From positions 722,093 to 765,324 of the forward strand of contig RDEW01000031.1 of NCBI GenBank assembly GCA_011109175.1: a stretch of 43,232 nt of DNA, given 5' to 3'. The notes beneath the pieces are model-generated. The model was not told where the DNA came from, made no database searches, and was given only the letters and a program-made list of their open reading frames with translations. Both the position numbers and the translations under genes were made by a program. This document shows, piece by piece, positions 24,084 to 36,212 of the stretch. The DNA is from Dicyema japonicum (taxonomy: Eukaryota > Animalia > Dicyemida). How positions within the stretch are numbered: position 1 is the first letter of the stretch; every line of letters begins with the position of its first letter.

Positions 24084-25904
24084 AATCAATAAGAAGAAAT
24101 TTTTACTGCTGACCAAATCTACAGGTAAAGATTATCGATTATGAAAATTCTTTCGTTGAAGAATGAAGTGATGTTTGCGACGGTAGGACGTGAGACGAAA
24201 ATAAAAAAGAAAGGACTTACTTGTTCATCTCTTTTCTAAATATTTCGCGATGCTACTATTAAATACGACCATCTTTTTTGTTTTTTTCTACACATAACTT
24301 TTATGAATATCAGAAACTGAGAGATGTCAGAGAGTGGTTTAATCATTCGAGGTTGTCCTTGTAATCAGTTCAGAATATTTGTGAAGAATAAAGTAATGCC
24401 AAGCATGGGAGAACAAATCATCAAGAGAAAGTGTTTCCGGGGACTACACAGGATCTCGTCTCTAATCTCAAGAGGTCGAGGATGCTATTCACTAATCAGG
24501 ACTAAGGATGACATTATGAAGTAACTTTGACTGTTATTATAGATATTTTGTCAAAGTAAACATTTCCCACATATGCCTGTGGCGAGGTTAAAGTCCACAG
24601 TGGATGTAGGATTTGAAAACAGAGAGGTACTGAGAAGTTCCTCACTCGATTGAGCTTTATCTTGAGGTCATTAGGTTTACCCACTTTATTAGAGAAAGGT
24701 TATGTTCGTGTTATTTGTTAAAAAAGGTATTACCATTTGTGTATAGTTGGGACGTTTTTAACTTCCAGAAAAAATTGCCAAAATATATGATATTTTTACG
24801 ACCTCAAAGTGCAGAAACAGTTTGGCATCAGCTGGCTAATTTTCATATATTATTGGAGGCTTTGTGGGATAAGTTTTAGTTACTTTAGTGAATTGTGCCA
24901 CATGGTATGTTGGATTGTGCCACCGTTTTAATCAGTCGTAATGTGATTTCTGGAGCCGCAGTAGATATATGTTTGATTTCTTGGAGTGTCCTCTTTGGGA
25001 TTACTTTCTTGTTAGCCACTGATTCCTTTACCTGAAAAGACTGGAGTTAAATAAAAGTGGTATCCCACTGAATTGATAGTACAAATTATTTAAACGTGTA
25101 AAATGATCGCTTCCTAGGCTCTATGCAGCCGTCAAGTGTGTTCATTAGAGTATTAAACGATTATGTCTATCTCCTACAAATGCGAATGGAGCAGTGATCG
25201 TCAGACATTCTAAAAAAGGATATACAACGTGGGATGAGCGTGAGGTTGTTAAGAATAATTTTTACAAAAATATCTTAAAGGCCTTAAGCAAAAAAATATG
25301 GCATCTAAGCTTATTCTGCAAAATTCACCATGACCTGATAAAACTGTCTTTAAATAAGTTTTCATAGACTAGAGTGCTCATGGGAGAAGTCATATTTATA
25401 AACCTCTGAACTAGATATGCCCAATCGGATCTTAATTGAGTCTTATCATCATCCAGGCATATCCGAGGTTATCAAATGAATAAATTCAACCATTATTGCG
25501 GGGGAAGGATCAGACGGCTGTTTAAAGAGGCCAAATCACATTAAAACCACTTATTCCCTTTTTAATTCGTCGATTGTTCTTGGTTTCAAATAAATAAAAG
25601 AATTCTTCTAAAAAGCCACTACAAATGTGGGAATAGATGGCTTCTCCGGTTGATCACCGTTGCAATCGTGAAAGGTGACGCTACATCAATTATTCGGCAG
25701 GGATCATTTTGACTTATTTTTGTGTTTTTTAATTAATAATTTATGTTAGTTCAGGCCTCTAGCCGGCAACCGTCAGACTGTGCCACCCGGCCTAATATAT
25801 GTGAATAAAACTTCTCAGATTATAAATCTAAAAAAACATCAATTATTTTTTATTAAAATTATAAATATAACTTTTTGCTATTAAATTATAAATATAATTA
25901 TTCC

Positions 25905-26030
25905 ATCCCAGTACGATCTTGTGTGGGCACGAGGGAGGAGCATCGGGAAAGGATGAGGATTTTGGTGGAACGCATCGGGATCACGTGATAGTTAATTTGG
26001 TTTTACTGTGGTCTTGGGTGTTAAATAAAT
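25905..26030 (+). mobile_element. Short 3' end of the LINE family at 16940-17230
   Basis: gaggagcatcgg...gatgagg...gggatcacgtgat shared with 17130-17185. Confidence 0.6.
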
Positions 26031-26399
26031 AAAGCCATCTATCCAAAGTGGTCCTCGCCGACATCATCGACGTTGCATTACCTCTGACGATTGCACAGAG
26101 ATCAACTGGATAAGCACCGGGTCTCACATACATCGTGGCTTTTTAGTGTAATAATAATTAAAAGTAAAAAATTGAATTAGTAAAAATAATACTAATTATA
26201 AACATTTAAAATGATTAAAAACTTAGCATGTGTTATGTGGTTCGCTTTTTCAAATGGCGTCAACTGTGGAGCTAATCTCAATGCAAAAAAGAACAATTTG
26301 TTCACCACAATCTAAGAGGACTGTTTCCTTTGACGACTCTCTTTGATACTACCCGATGGTCTAGCTGATCATCTATGGAGAATATATTCCCGAAAAAGC

Positions 26400-26900
26400 A
26401 AAATCCTTACTATCATTCAACTAGACATCGATGAAATCCGTGGAAAGATCATCTTACTCAGAAACTTTAAGAAATACGACATGTGTCTCCTACAGAAGAC
26501 CAAACTTACATCCTACTCCCTCACACATATATTTCCGAGATACTCAGAGAATTAATATTGTAAACATGTATTTTCCTTTGCTAGCTTTTTTCCAAATGAC
26601 TCAAACTTCTTTCCTGGATTTTACTCATCATAACATAATGTCATGTAGGATCTTAATACCAAGCAACCGGCTTGGTGCATGAACCAAAATGCTGCCACCC
26701 CAGGTATCCTCCTATCTCAATACTGGAAAACATTATAAGTCTTAACGACCTCCAGACTAATACAAGAACTTCTATAAAGCTAATGACAATACAACTCCAC
26801 CAGACCTTACCTCGCCAAATATCGCCTCATTTGCCATCTACTTGTGGTTGACTGGTCTATTAAAAAATGTATTCTATAGAACACAAGAATCAGTTGGAGG
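26400..26900 (+). mobile_element. Degenerate APE endonuclease of an I/Jockey-group LINE
   Basis: LTIIQLDIDEIRGK, CLLQKTKL, G(D)LNTKQPAW and PDLTSPNIA. Confidence 0.6.
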
Positions 26901-27169
26901 CGTTAATCTACTCTCGTATAACTTTAGGGTTCTCGAAGATATGGATGAGGAAAGCATGTGGGATATTTAAAAGGTACTGCATCTCTATTGGATCAAGAAA
27001 CGAAGGTCTCTGGTCGATGCTGTGAACACTATGGAACCCATAAACTAATTCTTTTCCCCAGTGATTTGAAACATTACGGACAATGCTTCGCAGTCCATGA
27101 CCACCTTGTTCTTCGAACACATCAATTTTTAAAAGTCAATGACAGGATCAGTGTCCTATAAATCAAGAT

Positions 27170-28300
27170 GAATGATATGTGCCTTCAAAGTTACATTACA
27201 ATCATTAACATGTATGCTTTACATAGTGGTTGATTTTTAAAAAACCCTAGTGAACTGGATGACTATTACTGTCAATTATTAAAGACTTGATCAGAATCTG
27301 AACTTCATCGTTGATATTTATTTGCCAAAGATTTTAGCGGGACACGAAGGAGAAGATTTGTCTATCGATAGACATAGACGGGGTGAGAAAACACTCAGGC
27401 AACACTACTTGCAAATTTGTGTCAAGTGCATGATCTCTTTTTCGGAAATATTGCCTTTATGCATCCAGCTCGACACAGGAGCTCATGGACTAGACATAGA
27501 AAGAATTTGGAAAACGAAAGTGCCAATAAATACAATCAAATTGACTACGTCAGACAAAAGACTAACCTTACATTGCCCGCTCTTACGGAGATTCGATGAT
27601 AAATAGTGACCATTAATAGTTATTGGACATTTCTGCCTGACTCCGGTACTGGAAAAACAACAACGAGAAATATGATAGATTCTAAATATGACGAATAAGT
27701 ACATCGTAAACCAACTTCGAGATGAACAATATATTATAAAGAAAAGTATTACGTAGCTTAACAATGAACATTAAAATAGAGTCTTTTTATCACACCTTAG
27801 AGAGCTGTAGCCTAAATAAGTTCAGAATTCGTGAGGCAATTTAAAGAATCACAGTAGCGCTGGACCGGATGGTATCTCTCCGGAACTGATGAAATATGGA
27901 GTTATACGTCACCCCTAAACCATTACGACTTTATGGAATCTACCCCTTGGAAAAGGGATATTGATACCTATGCAAAAGCTTAACAAACCAAAATAACAAC
28001 TATAAAGATTTGTTCCAGTCATATTGTTATCACATTATGCAAGTTCTTGCATCTGTTTATTTAGACCGCTCAAAGTATCCCAAAGGAAAATACCTCAAAC
28101 GGATTTCGTGAAGGAAGGTCGACAGCAGACATTTTGTGGAGCTATAGGGAGTGGTGTGTAAGATATATAAACTGCTCAAAGATATATAAAACAGCGATCT
28201 AAAAGTGCTTATAATAATACTAGCTGCTCTGTACTCTATGGACTTTCAGAATTAACACAATTCTATCCTCATCAAAATGAAGGCACGTTCCTTTTCTGAA
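27170..28300 (+). mobile_element. Degenerate RTE-clade LINE (APE and RT fragments)
   Basis: ITIINMYA, LCQVHDLFFGNIAFMHPARHRSSW, NQIDYV, SAGPDGISPELMKYG, GILIPMQK and GFREGRSTADILW. Confidence 0.8.
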
Positions 28301-28929
28301 TAGAACCTAAAAACTTAACGGACAAAAGAGAACGTAAATTTTTAAATTCAACAATCTTTGAAATAATTGAGCAAACACTTTGTTTCTCCTGATAATGAGT
28401 AAGCAGTTTAACTAAGATCTAGTTGGCAATGAATTTCTACGATAAAAAAACGAATATGGATCACCTCTGTGCTCAATAAAATAAATTCTTTTTAATGTGG
28501 AGGACTATCGAAGGTCAAAAATCCTGATGTCCGACAAAATTAAGCAGAACAAAAATCCTGGATATCGATTCTACGCTTTTAAGGACTCTCATAGAACTTA
28601 GTTTTTGGAAGTAGTGAGGTTTAGGATAAGATTAGAATGGAGATGCCCCTGATGATAGTTTTGGAAGCTCATGGCTAAAGGCTTGACTGGACACGTTTAT
28701 ATGTTAAAAAATCTAGATATCAACTAAACAGTTTCTGGACTCATGGAATTTTTTTTGGAACTTGGTGATGGCTTCCTTCCCTTTCTTACGTTTATTTATT
28801 ATTATAAAGATCATTTACACCCCAATTGAATATCCATACATTGAAAGGCACCCACCAGCCTCAATAGATTTACTTAAGAAACAAATCGAAATGGACACTC
28901 CACATCAGTCAGTTAGTGTCAATGATGTA

Positions 28930-29170
28930 TGACCGTCGCTCGTCCCGTAGCCACTACTAAGCAAACTATTTTGTAGTTGCTTGGTCGGTTGCAACAAATG
29001 TTTGCAGTTTGTGATCCACATGAAAACCACTGTACAGGAATGGACAATCGTCCTCGCCACTATGCCCACCATGCTTTCTTGACTACAAGGAACATCTCTT
29101 TATTTGTCCGGGTCCACCTACTAGTACTCTTAAGAACCAAATGTACCTGTTGGATCTTTCGGTTCGTCAG
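28930..29170 (+). mobile_element. LINE ORF2 C-terminal cysteine-rich region (I-group-like)
   Basis: YRNGQSSSPLCPPCFLDYKEHLFICPGPPT, a CX2C...HLF.C motif. Confidence 0.5.
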
Positions 29171-29259
29171 ATCTTGTATGTAAAGTTTTTGTTAGCCACC
29201 TGTTTCTTTCACTTGAAAGGACGTAGGGTACATAAATATACGCCCGGCAGTTTCTAGGA

Positions 29260-30590
29260 ACAAAAGTGCCGAACTTGATGGCCTTGAGATCGAGACTATA
29301 CTGGTCTCGCCGGATACAGTTTTGAAAGGTAATGGCTGATGATGGCCCAAAGCTTGACAAGTCCACGTGACACCACGTGTGCACAATACAGGCAAACGAC
29401 ACAACGATTTTCTGGAATTCCTCAGAGCTTGATATTTGGAAGATGAGAAGAAGTGGCCATGAATAGACTGGCATCCACGGCTTAACATTTTGTGAGGTAT
29501 TGGCTGATAGTCCAAAGCTCGACTGGACCAGGTGACACCGTGTGTACCCCATAGTGGCAAGCGTCATAACGATTTTATGGAATTTCCCAGAGCTTGACTT
29601 TTTGGGAAATGTGAAGAAGGGGTATGACTAGACTAGTCTTCCTCACTTAATTGTTCGTAAAATAATAGGTGATGACCCAAAGATCGACTCGACCGTGTGA
29701 CACCGCTTGTTCCAAAATACTTCTAAAGGCATAACAATTTACGTTAAAATTTTATAACGTGATTTTGACTATCTCAGAGCTTGATATTGGAAGATGTGAA
29801 AAAGAGGTCATGACTTGACTGGCATCCCCCGTATAAGAGTTTGTAATGTAATTGCTGAGGGTCCAAAGCTCGACTCGACCACGTGACACCGCGTGTGCCC
29901 TATCCCGGCATTCGGCATAACGATTTTGTGGAATTCCTCGAAGCTTGTTTTTTTGGTAGATGTGAAGAAGTTGTCATGTCTAGACTGGTCTCCCCCGCTT
30001 AATAGTTTGTAAGTTAATGGGAGATGGACAAAGCTCGACTCGACCACGTGTCACCGTGTGTGCCAAATACTTGCAAATGCATACAATTTCCGTAAAATTC
30101 TCAGAGCTTGGTTTTTAGGAGATGTTTAGAAATGGTCATGACTAGACTGGTCTCTTGTACTAATGGCTGATTGTCCAATGCTCGACTCAACCAAGTGACA
30201 CCGCGTGTGCCCCATACTGTCAAACGGCATAACGATTTTCTCGAATTTCTCAGAGCTTGGTTCTGGGAAGATGAGAAGAATGGGTCATGACTGACTGGTC
30301 ACACACGGATAACAGTTTTGGAAGGTAATGACTGATGTCCCACAGCTTGACTGAACCACTTGACACCGCGTGTGCCCCATACTAGAAAACGGTATAACGA
30401 TTTTCTAAAATTTTTTAGAGCTTGGTTTTGGGAAAATGTGAAGAAGTGGTCATGGCTAGAATGATCTCCCACGGATAACAGTTTTGGAAGGTAATGACTG
30501 ATAGCCCACAGCTTGACTAGACCACATGACACTACTGGCAAACGAGTAAAACGATTTTCGGGAATCTCTTCGATCTTAGTTTTTCTGGAG
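29260..30590. repeat. Diverged tandem satellite, ~165-166 bp unit, about 8 copies
   Basis: The gtgacacc-type anchor occurs at 29367, 29532, 29697, 29883, 30048, 30195, 30360 and 30526 (spacing 165, 165, 186, 165, 147, 165, 166). Recurring motifs aagctcgactcgaccacgtgacaccgcgtgtgc, gcataacgatttt and ctcagagcttg. Confidence 0.95.
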
Positions 30591-31383
30591 AGTCACAGAG
30601 CTTAAGACTTTCTTTTAGTTAATTTTGAGATGACAATCAAGTGAAGTTCCTATTCATGTATTAAGATTTTACAACCAACAAATTACATTTCTGACTTTGA
30701 ATTAGCTTCTGCAATTTCACTATTCCGAATAAATGAGGCGTAAAATGTTCCATAATCTTCTTTAAACATTAACATATATAATTCCATAATCTTCTTTAGC
30801 CTTTTGATTAGTGTGAAGCTTGAGGTGGAGCTTACTGACGAACCAACCGAGGATTTAACCTAATATTATTAATACTGGTAGTTTTGTGACTATAATTAAT
30901 ACAAAGAAAATAACTACAAAATTTCAAAAACCCACAAAGATTGATGCAGACAAAAATGTATTTAATAATAAATTAATTTAATTAAGTAATTTTATTAATA
31001 AAAAAATATGCAAAAATTCATTATTTAATTGACACGAAGTGGACTTCCGTTCTTCAAAAACGGTCTGTCAAAATGTCTCAGTTATTCGACATTATAAAAA
31101 CATTTTTAAGTCTAATTTTGACAATATTGTGCAATCGATTACCTCATCTGGATTACGTAATAAATTATTCAATTTTATTAAAAAATTTATGATAACTAAT
31201 AGAAAAGGGAGAACCAGATAATGCTCTTAAACTTATTTTATTTCTTTTTGTTTAGTGCAAGTCTTTTATAAACGATCCGGTTCCTGGCCATGAAAACTCC
31301 CCAAAACATACCACAACAAAATGATTCAAATAAACATTCAAAATAACATGAAAATAATGGAAAACAAAATGTAATTTTTAGAT

Positions 31384-31864
31384 CTATTTTTTCACAACGT
31401 TTGGGGATTTGGGAGGAGTAGATTTCGGATGAGTTATGTTTGGAAGTTCTTGAGCCTTATATAAAGATTTAGGAACAGGCCGAGCCTTAAATACTTTTTG
31501 ATTGGTATTGTCTTTTAGTGCAGAAACACTGGCTTAGTGGGTTTGTATTCAGGTTTGGGGGGTATATATCGAGTAGTAAGGATCTTTCTATTGAGAGGAT
31601 TCGCTTTGAATGTTTTCCTTAGCGTTTCTTTAATCAATACCTTAGCTCATCCTCTTCCAACTGCTGGGTGCTCTTAATTTCACATTTTTTTGTCCTGCTA
31701 GCCGAAAACTTGAATTCTCTTGGAATCGTAGGCTTTAGGATATTATGAGGCTTCTAATTTCATTATTTTTGTTACCTTGTTATCCTGTTGAACTTCTATT
31801 AATTAAAATTACTTAATTACTTTTATAATTTTTTTTGATACTCTAACGAATCACGAGGTAGCAT
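31384..31864 (-). CDS. TPX2: Miniature TPX2-like microtubule-associated protein (~125 aa), three micro-introns
   Basis: Introns at 31820-31796 (25 nt), 31775-31754 (22 nt) and 31640-31618 (23 nt). Spliced read ...KPTIPREFKFSASRTKKCEIKSTQQLEEDELRKTFKANPLNRKILTTRYIPPKPEYKPTKP(S)VSALKDNTNQKVFKARPVPKSLYKAQELPNITHPKSTPPKSPNVVKK*. KST..LE.EEL...FKA......IL and FKARPVP are TPX2-type motifs (recalled, not searched). Two 1-nt indel corrections are needed and the start codon is uncertain. Confidence 0.65.
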
Positions 31865-32228
31865 TGCTCGACAAAATCGTTGTATATTATTTATGTAATT
31901 TATTTATTTTATTTATTCAATAAAATCAAAATTAATTAAATAAAATTGGTTATTTTAATTTAATTATCTAATTATAAATGTCATGATATTTTGCCATAAA
32001 ATGCCATTTTAATGAAAAGATTATTTTTGTTATTAATGAGTAAAATTATACAAAAGATTTTTTAATGTTTTACCTTTTATGAAGTTATAGATACAATTTT
32101 TGCCACTTTTTTGATTTTAATGACATAATTCATTTTAATTGCCATAAATTCCATTTTTACAATTATTTAATTTTTTAATATAAAATAAAATAAGTAGGCA
32201 CATAACACTAAAAGAGTAATTAAATGAA

Positions 32229-32325
32229 GGAGAGTCCTGGTGTAGAGTCCAAATTTTCAGATCGGACTCAGATGTAATGCTTCTCAATAACTCTTAACTC
32301 TTTCCTTAATCAAATTGTTGTTGTT
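32229..32325. repeat. ~100-bp diverged dispersed repeat; second copy at 34381-34490
   Basis: Shared gtcc.gg...gagtc.aaa, ggactcagatgtaat and cttaactct. Confidence 0.7.
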
Positions 32326-34029
32326 AGTCTCACGCAGATCCTTGGTGACCTTTTGGATCATTGATATATTTATTAAGCTAAAAGCCAATAAAAACAGATA
32401 GATTTTGAATGCTCTTATTCAGTAATTCAATTCTCTGAAGAAAAAAGTACTTAATGATCATGATTTCCAGATTAACCGACAAAAATAAAAAGTTTGCCTG
32501 ATTAAATTTAAAAGAAAAGATAATTTTGATTTCCTGATTGAATTCGAATGATACAAGCATCTTCTTCGTAACCATAAATTGGGTTATCATAACGATTCTG
32601 ACGGTCAAGTCGCCGGCTAGCTCTATTAGACTTAATGCTTGATCTCTTGAAGGTCAATGTATCCTATCGCACTTCTCTTAAAGTCAGAAGACATCGGATT
32701 TATTTAACTTTGTGAAATAAGTAAACATTCAAATGTTAGGATTTAAACCCGTAGCTGTTAAGAAAACTCGACTGATAAGTCTATGTCTTTCATACAACAC
32801 TTGAAATACTCAAAAGCCAAATCGTTAGTAGAAACCAATAGCTCTATCAGTTGACCTTGATAGTTATCGTGAAAAGAAACGTCAATTACTTTGGCGGGAA
32901 TAAGCAAATAGACTGTTGAGATAATTAACAAAAACTTGTCTCCGTATTCACAAATTAGCCTCAGAGCTCTTTTCTGCACATCATTAGGGCACTTCTAGAA
33001 CATGACTAGCTTCAACAATGACTACATCAATGTTTGCATGACAATCGGTGGAGATGAAAGAAGGCAGTTAACACCTCCTTCCACTTGAAGAAACGTGAGG
33101 CACATGGGAATAAACTACCTAGGTTTTCCGAAAGCTCATGCCAAAAAAGTAGTGCCAAAAATACCTTTTTTCTTCGATAGGTTTATTATCTTATTGGCCT
33201 ACATGTGTTATTCGTCTACTTGTCAGGTGATGTCTTTTACATTCATCTTCAGGACATTTCATCTTCAAAACACGTCACTGCATAAATCTCTGGGATTCTT
33301 GGATCCAACTTAATCAGTATTCTTTGATCGTCATGTCAGCTGGCGTTGATGCAAAAATCCCTGAAATAATGTTTGCCATTATCTTTTGATATTTGACTTT
33401 GTTATAGACGATATGTTTTCAATTAGGTTTAAATATTACACATGATTTATAAGAAGGTAACCAAAGGCATTTATTAATTAAAATTATTAAAAAACACTCC
33501 CAAGAAAACATAAAATTAGTTAAATTTCCCTTGTGTCGTATTCCAAATCATCCTCTCCGTTAGCTTCGATCAAGATCTACGGATCTATTGCTTGGCCGGA
33601 TCCGAAAAGGATTTCGCTTCCTTCACTCCAATGGAAGAGCCGTGCGTGACATTCTATAACTTGAAAGAGTTTGTAGAGACGATTAAATCTCCATTAAGGT
33701 TTAAGAGCAGTGTGAACAAACTGATCTTTTGATGAGATGATTATAACGTCAGAATATGCGAGAAAAAGTATATCGTCCCTGATAAGAATGGGCATTTTGT
33801 TCAAGTGTAGCCAGTTTTAACGGTCAATATGTACATCTCGTCTTCATCATGCTGCAAGAATGGCTTCCGTCCCAACCTGGATTTCCAACTCAACTTCAAT
33901 AATTTTATAATTTTATCATTTACCTTATGCTAAGAAGTCACTATTGTATTCGAGTTAGTTATCAGACGCCAGAGGAGAACAAATCACCCATAACTCGAAC
34001 ACCTTGGCCACTCGAACGGCCAGCAAAAT

Positions 34030-34200
34030 TAGTGCATTAGCTTATTGTACAAGCAATTCATTAGGAAAACGATAATATATGCTTCCCCAAGCTGGGTCCC
34101 TTGCATGACAGTATCTGGTTAAAGAGAGATTCGGTATCTCTTTGCTTACCCTGGATCTCCTGGATGTCAAAGTAATAAATCTTTGGAGCGTCCTTTTTAC
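34030..34200 (+). mobile_element. Jockey-like LINE post-RT fragment
   Basis: LLYKQFIRKTIIYASPSW, homologous to the motif at about 19900. Confidence 0.6.
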
Positions 34201-34559
34201 GGTTGTCAGTTTTCTACATGTTAGCAAAACTTTAGTTAATAATTTACTTTTAATTAATATAAATATAAACTCATTAAAAATTATGTGACCAGGTGATGGT
34301 CAGATAATGTTTTCAGGGGGAGATCAAAGATCCAGCACACTTATAAAACTGAAAAAAACTTTCAGAAAAGATTTTAAAAAGGAAGGGTCCAGGTTTGGAG
34401 TCTAAACCTTATGGTAGGACTCAGATGTAATACCTTTCAGGAAACTTCTTAACTCTCTTGTTAATAAAATATTATTGCTGTTGTTAATATTTGGTGGTTA
34501 GGAGGTTATGGCTGTCTTTCAACAAATCGTGCACAATTCGAAATAAGAATTTTATATTC

Positions 34560-35720
34560 TGCCCTTTGCTTGTACACCCCCAGATGATCCAGTCTGTTAG
34601 ACTCCTCCACGTACTTCTAGTGATTGCGATTTTTGGAGGCTGTCTAAGTCCTTAGTTGTCTTCCATGTCTGAGATAGTCATCACGTTTTCGAGTTGTATA
34701 GCAGTAATGCATTGCATAGTCGTACATTTACTGGTCTTTAAACATGCACATATCTCAGTCACGTCGGTTTTAGTCTATTCAGTGCTATTGTTGACAATAT
34801 CTTCGTCAAATATGTCCCCAGTTCATATCCGTAGATGAGAGAGGGCAGTACAACTCTTTCAAAAATAATGATAAACGTCTCATTCAAATCGAGTTTCCCT
34901 GAACCCCAGAAGTACTTGATAAGCTCTTTTCTTCTTCATTTTGTCACCTTCTACATAATCCCTTTACATCCAAAACGGACACACAAAATAACGAAGATGA
35001 TCAACATTGCTGATACAACCCATTGTGTACTCCTGTTGAAAAAACTTTCTAAAGTGTGAAATTCGCATGACTTTCGACTTTTCCATAGAGAGACTTAAGC
35101 CGCAGGATTTGCTCCAGAGAATCTCTTCCAAAATTTCCCACAATCTTCTCTCAGACACTGCTGAAATATTTAAGACGTTCGATATCAGTACATCGTCCGC
35201 GTAAATAATCACGTTCCAGGGAACCAGGAAATTCCTCATAAATAAATTGAATAGCAGAGGACTCTTGCGTTTCTCACAAATGATTTTCTCCTCGACAGAA
35301 GTTTTCTTAACCAATCGATTAAAAGTTTTGGAATTTCAACTGCGACTAGCTGATAAACAGTTTTCATACAAGATATTATCAAAGCAGATGACAATTAGCT
35401 GATATCTGAAATTACGAGCTTTCTAAATTTCAGAATTTAAGATGAAAAACAACTTCTACATGATTTTCCTGGGCGAAAGCCCCAATGTTTCTTGCTGAGA
35501 AAATTCCATGATTCGATATGACCCGTAAGTTTTTGATAAATTAGCCTCTCCATGTTTTGGGGATTGAGTTAATCAGACTACTTGCTTTATTGCGCAGGGG
35601 AGTCTGTCTCGATTTTCCTGGCTTTTGGATTATCTGAATAATGGAGTCATTCTAAGCTTGCGGGACATATGGAAATTTGCTCCATATTAATTTCGATGTT
35701 TATTGATTTTTATATTTCTG
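34560..35720 (-). mobile_element. Degenerate LINE RT (relative of families A and B)
   Basis: IIQKPGKS, LFFILNSEI*KAR, SPLLFNLFM, IIYADDVL, GLSLSMEKS, LRYF and VVLPSLIYG. Confidence 0.85.
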
Positions 35721-35869
35721 ATAGTTTTCTTTTGACTTGTATGCTTGTAGATTTCTCTTTTTTTTTCCATCCATTGTAATTCCATCTGATTTTTTTCGCA
35801 ATTTATGACATTTTTTCTGACTATTTATTTTATTTATTTAATGTAACAATGAAGTGCTGCTATTCTGTG

Positions 35870-36210
35870 ACTATTTATTTATTTTATAACCCCGGGAACA
35901 CCGAGAAAGAAAGACAAAAGAATCAAACAGTTAGGTGATCCCAATCCCCGCAATTAATTGTGCCATTTGACGTCTGTGATCTTTCATTGTCTTTAATACT
36001 TTCCGGAAAAGCCTTCTCTCGGTCTTGCAGAGAAATCCGATCGGGAGGGGAATTTCCTATCCAATCGGTTTTCTCTTGGCATGGAAATGATCAGACGAAG
36101 CGGGTTTCCATTTTCCTCACAGACGCGAAGAAATCCGGATCCACGACTACGGGTCTTAGCTTCCATGAGTAGTGGGTCGACTGTTGATCCATTACGTGGG
36201 CAAATCATAC
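35870..36210 (-). mobile_element. Probable LINE 3' fragment replacing the 5' exon of the TPX2 duplicate
   Basis: GC-richer block. The minus-strand end ctcggtgttcccggggttataaaataataaata resembles the 3' end of the SINE-like repeat (ctcggtgtatccgaggttaa). No clear protein motif. Confidence 0.35.
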
Positions 36211-36212
36211 TG

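Noticed and set aside
22540-25300. Very short APE-like reads (DIDVLLITE at ~22590; VY(S)PTNA...NNFY at ~25170-25270)
   Set aside because: Probably LINE debris, but too short to support as features.
29130-30541. Minus-strand ORFs with a 55-aa periodicity over the 165-bp satellite
   Set aside because: Several frames are open at once and the frame drifts between units (165 vs 166 bp), with no start/stop context or recognisable domain. Not called as CDS.
32600-33400. Possible RT remnant (SMFA.., INYLGF)
   Set aside because: Isolated short matches with no collinear motif set.
17434-33812. U1-like (acctacctgg, ~17435) and U2-like (tcaagtgtag, ~33803) oligomers
   Set aside because: Only about 10 nt match, and the flanking snRNA stems and Sm sites are absent.
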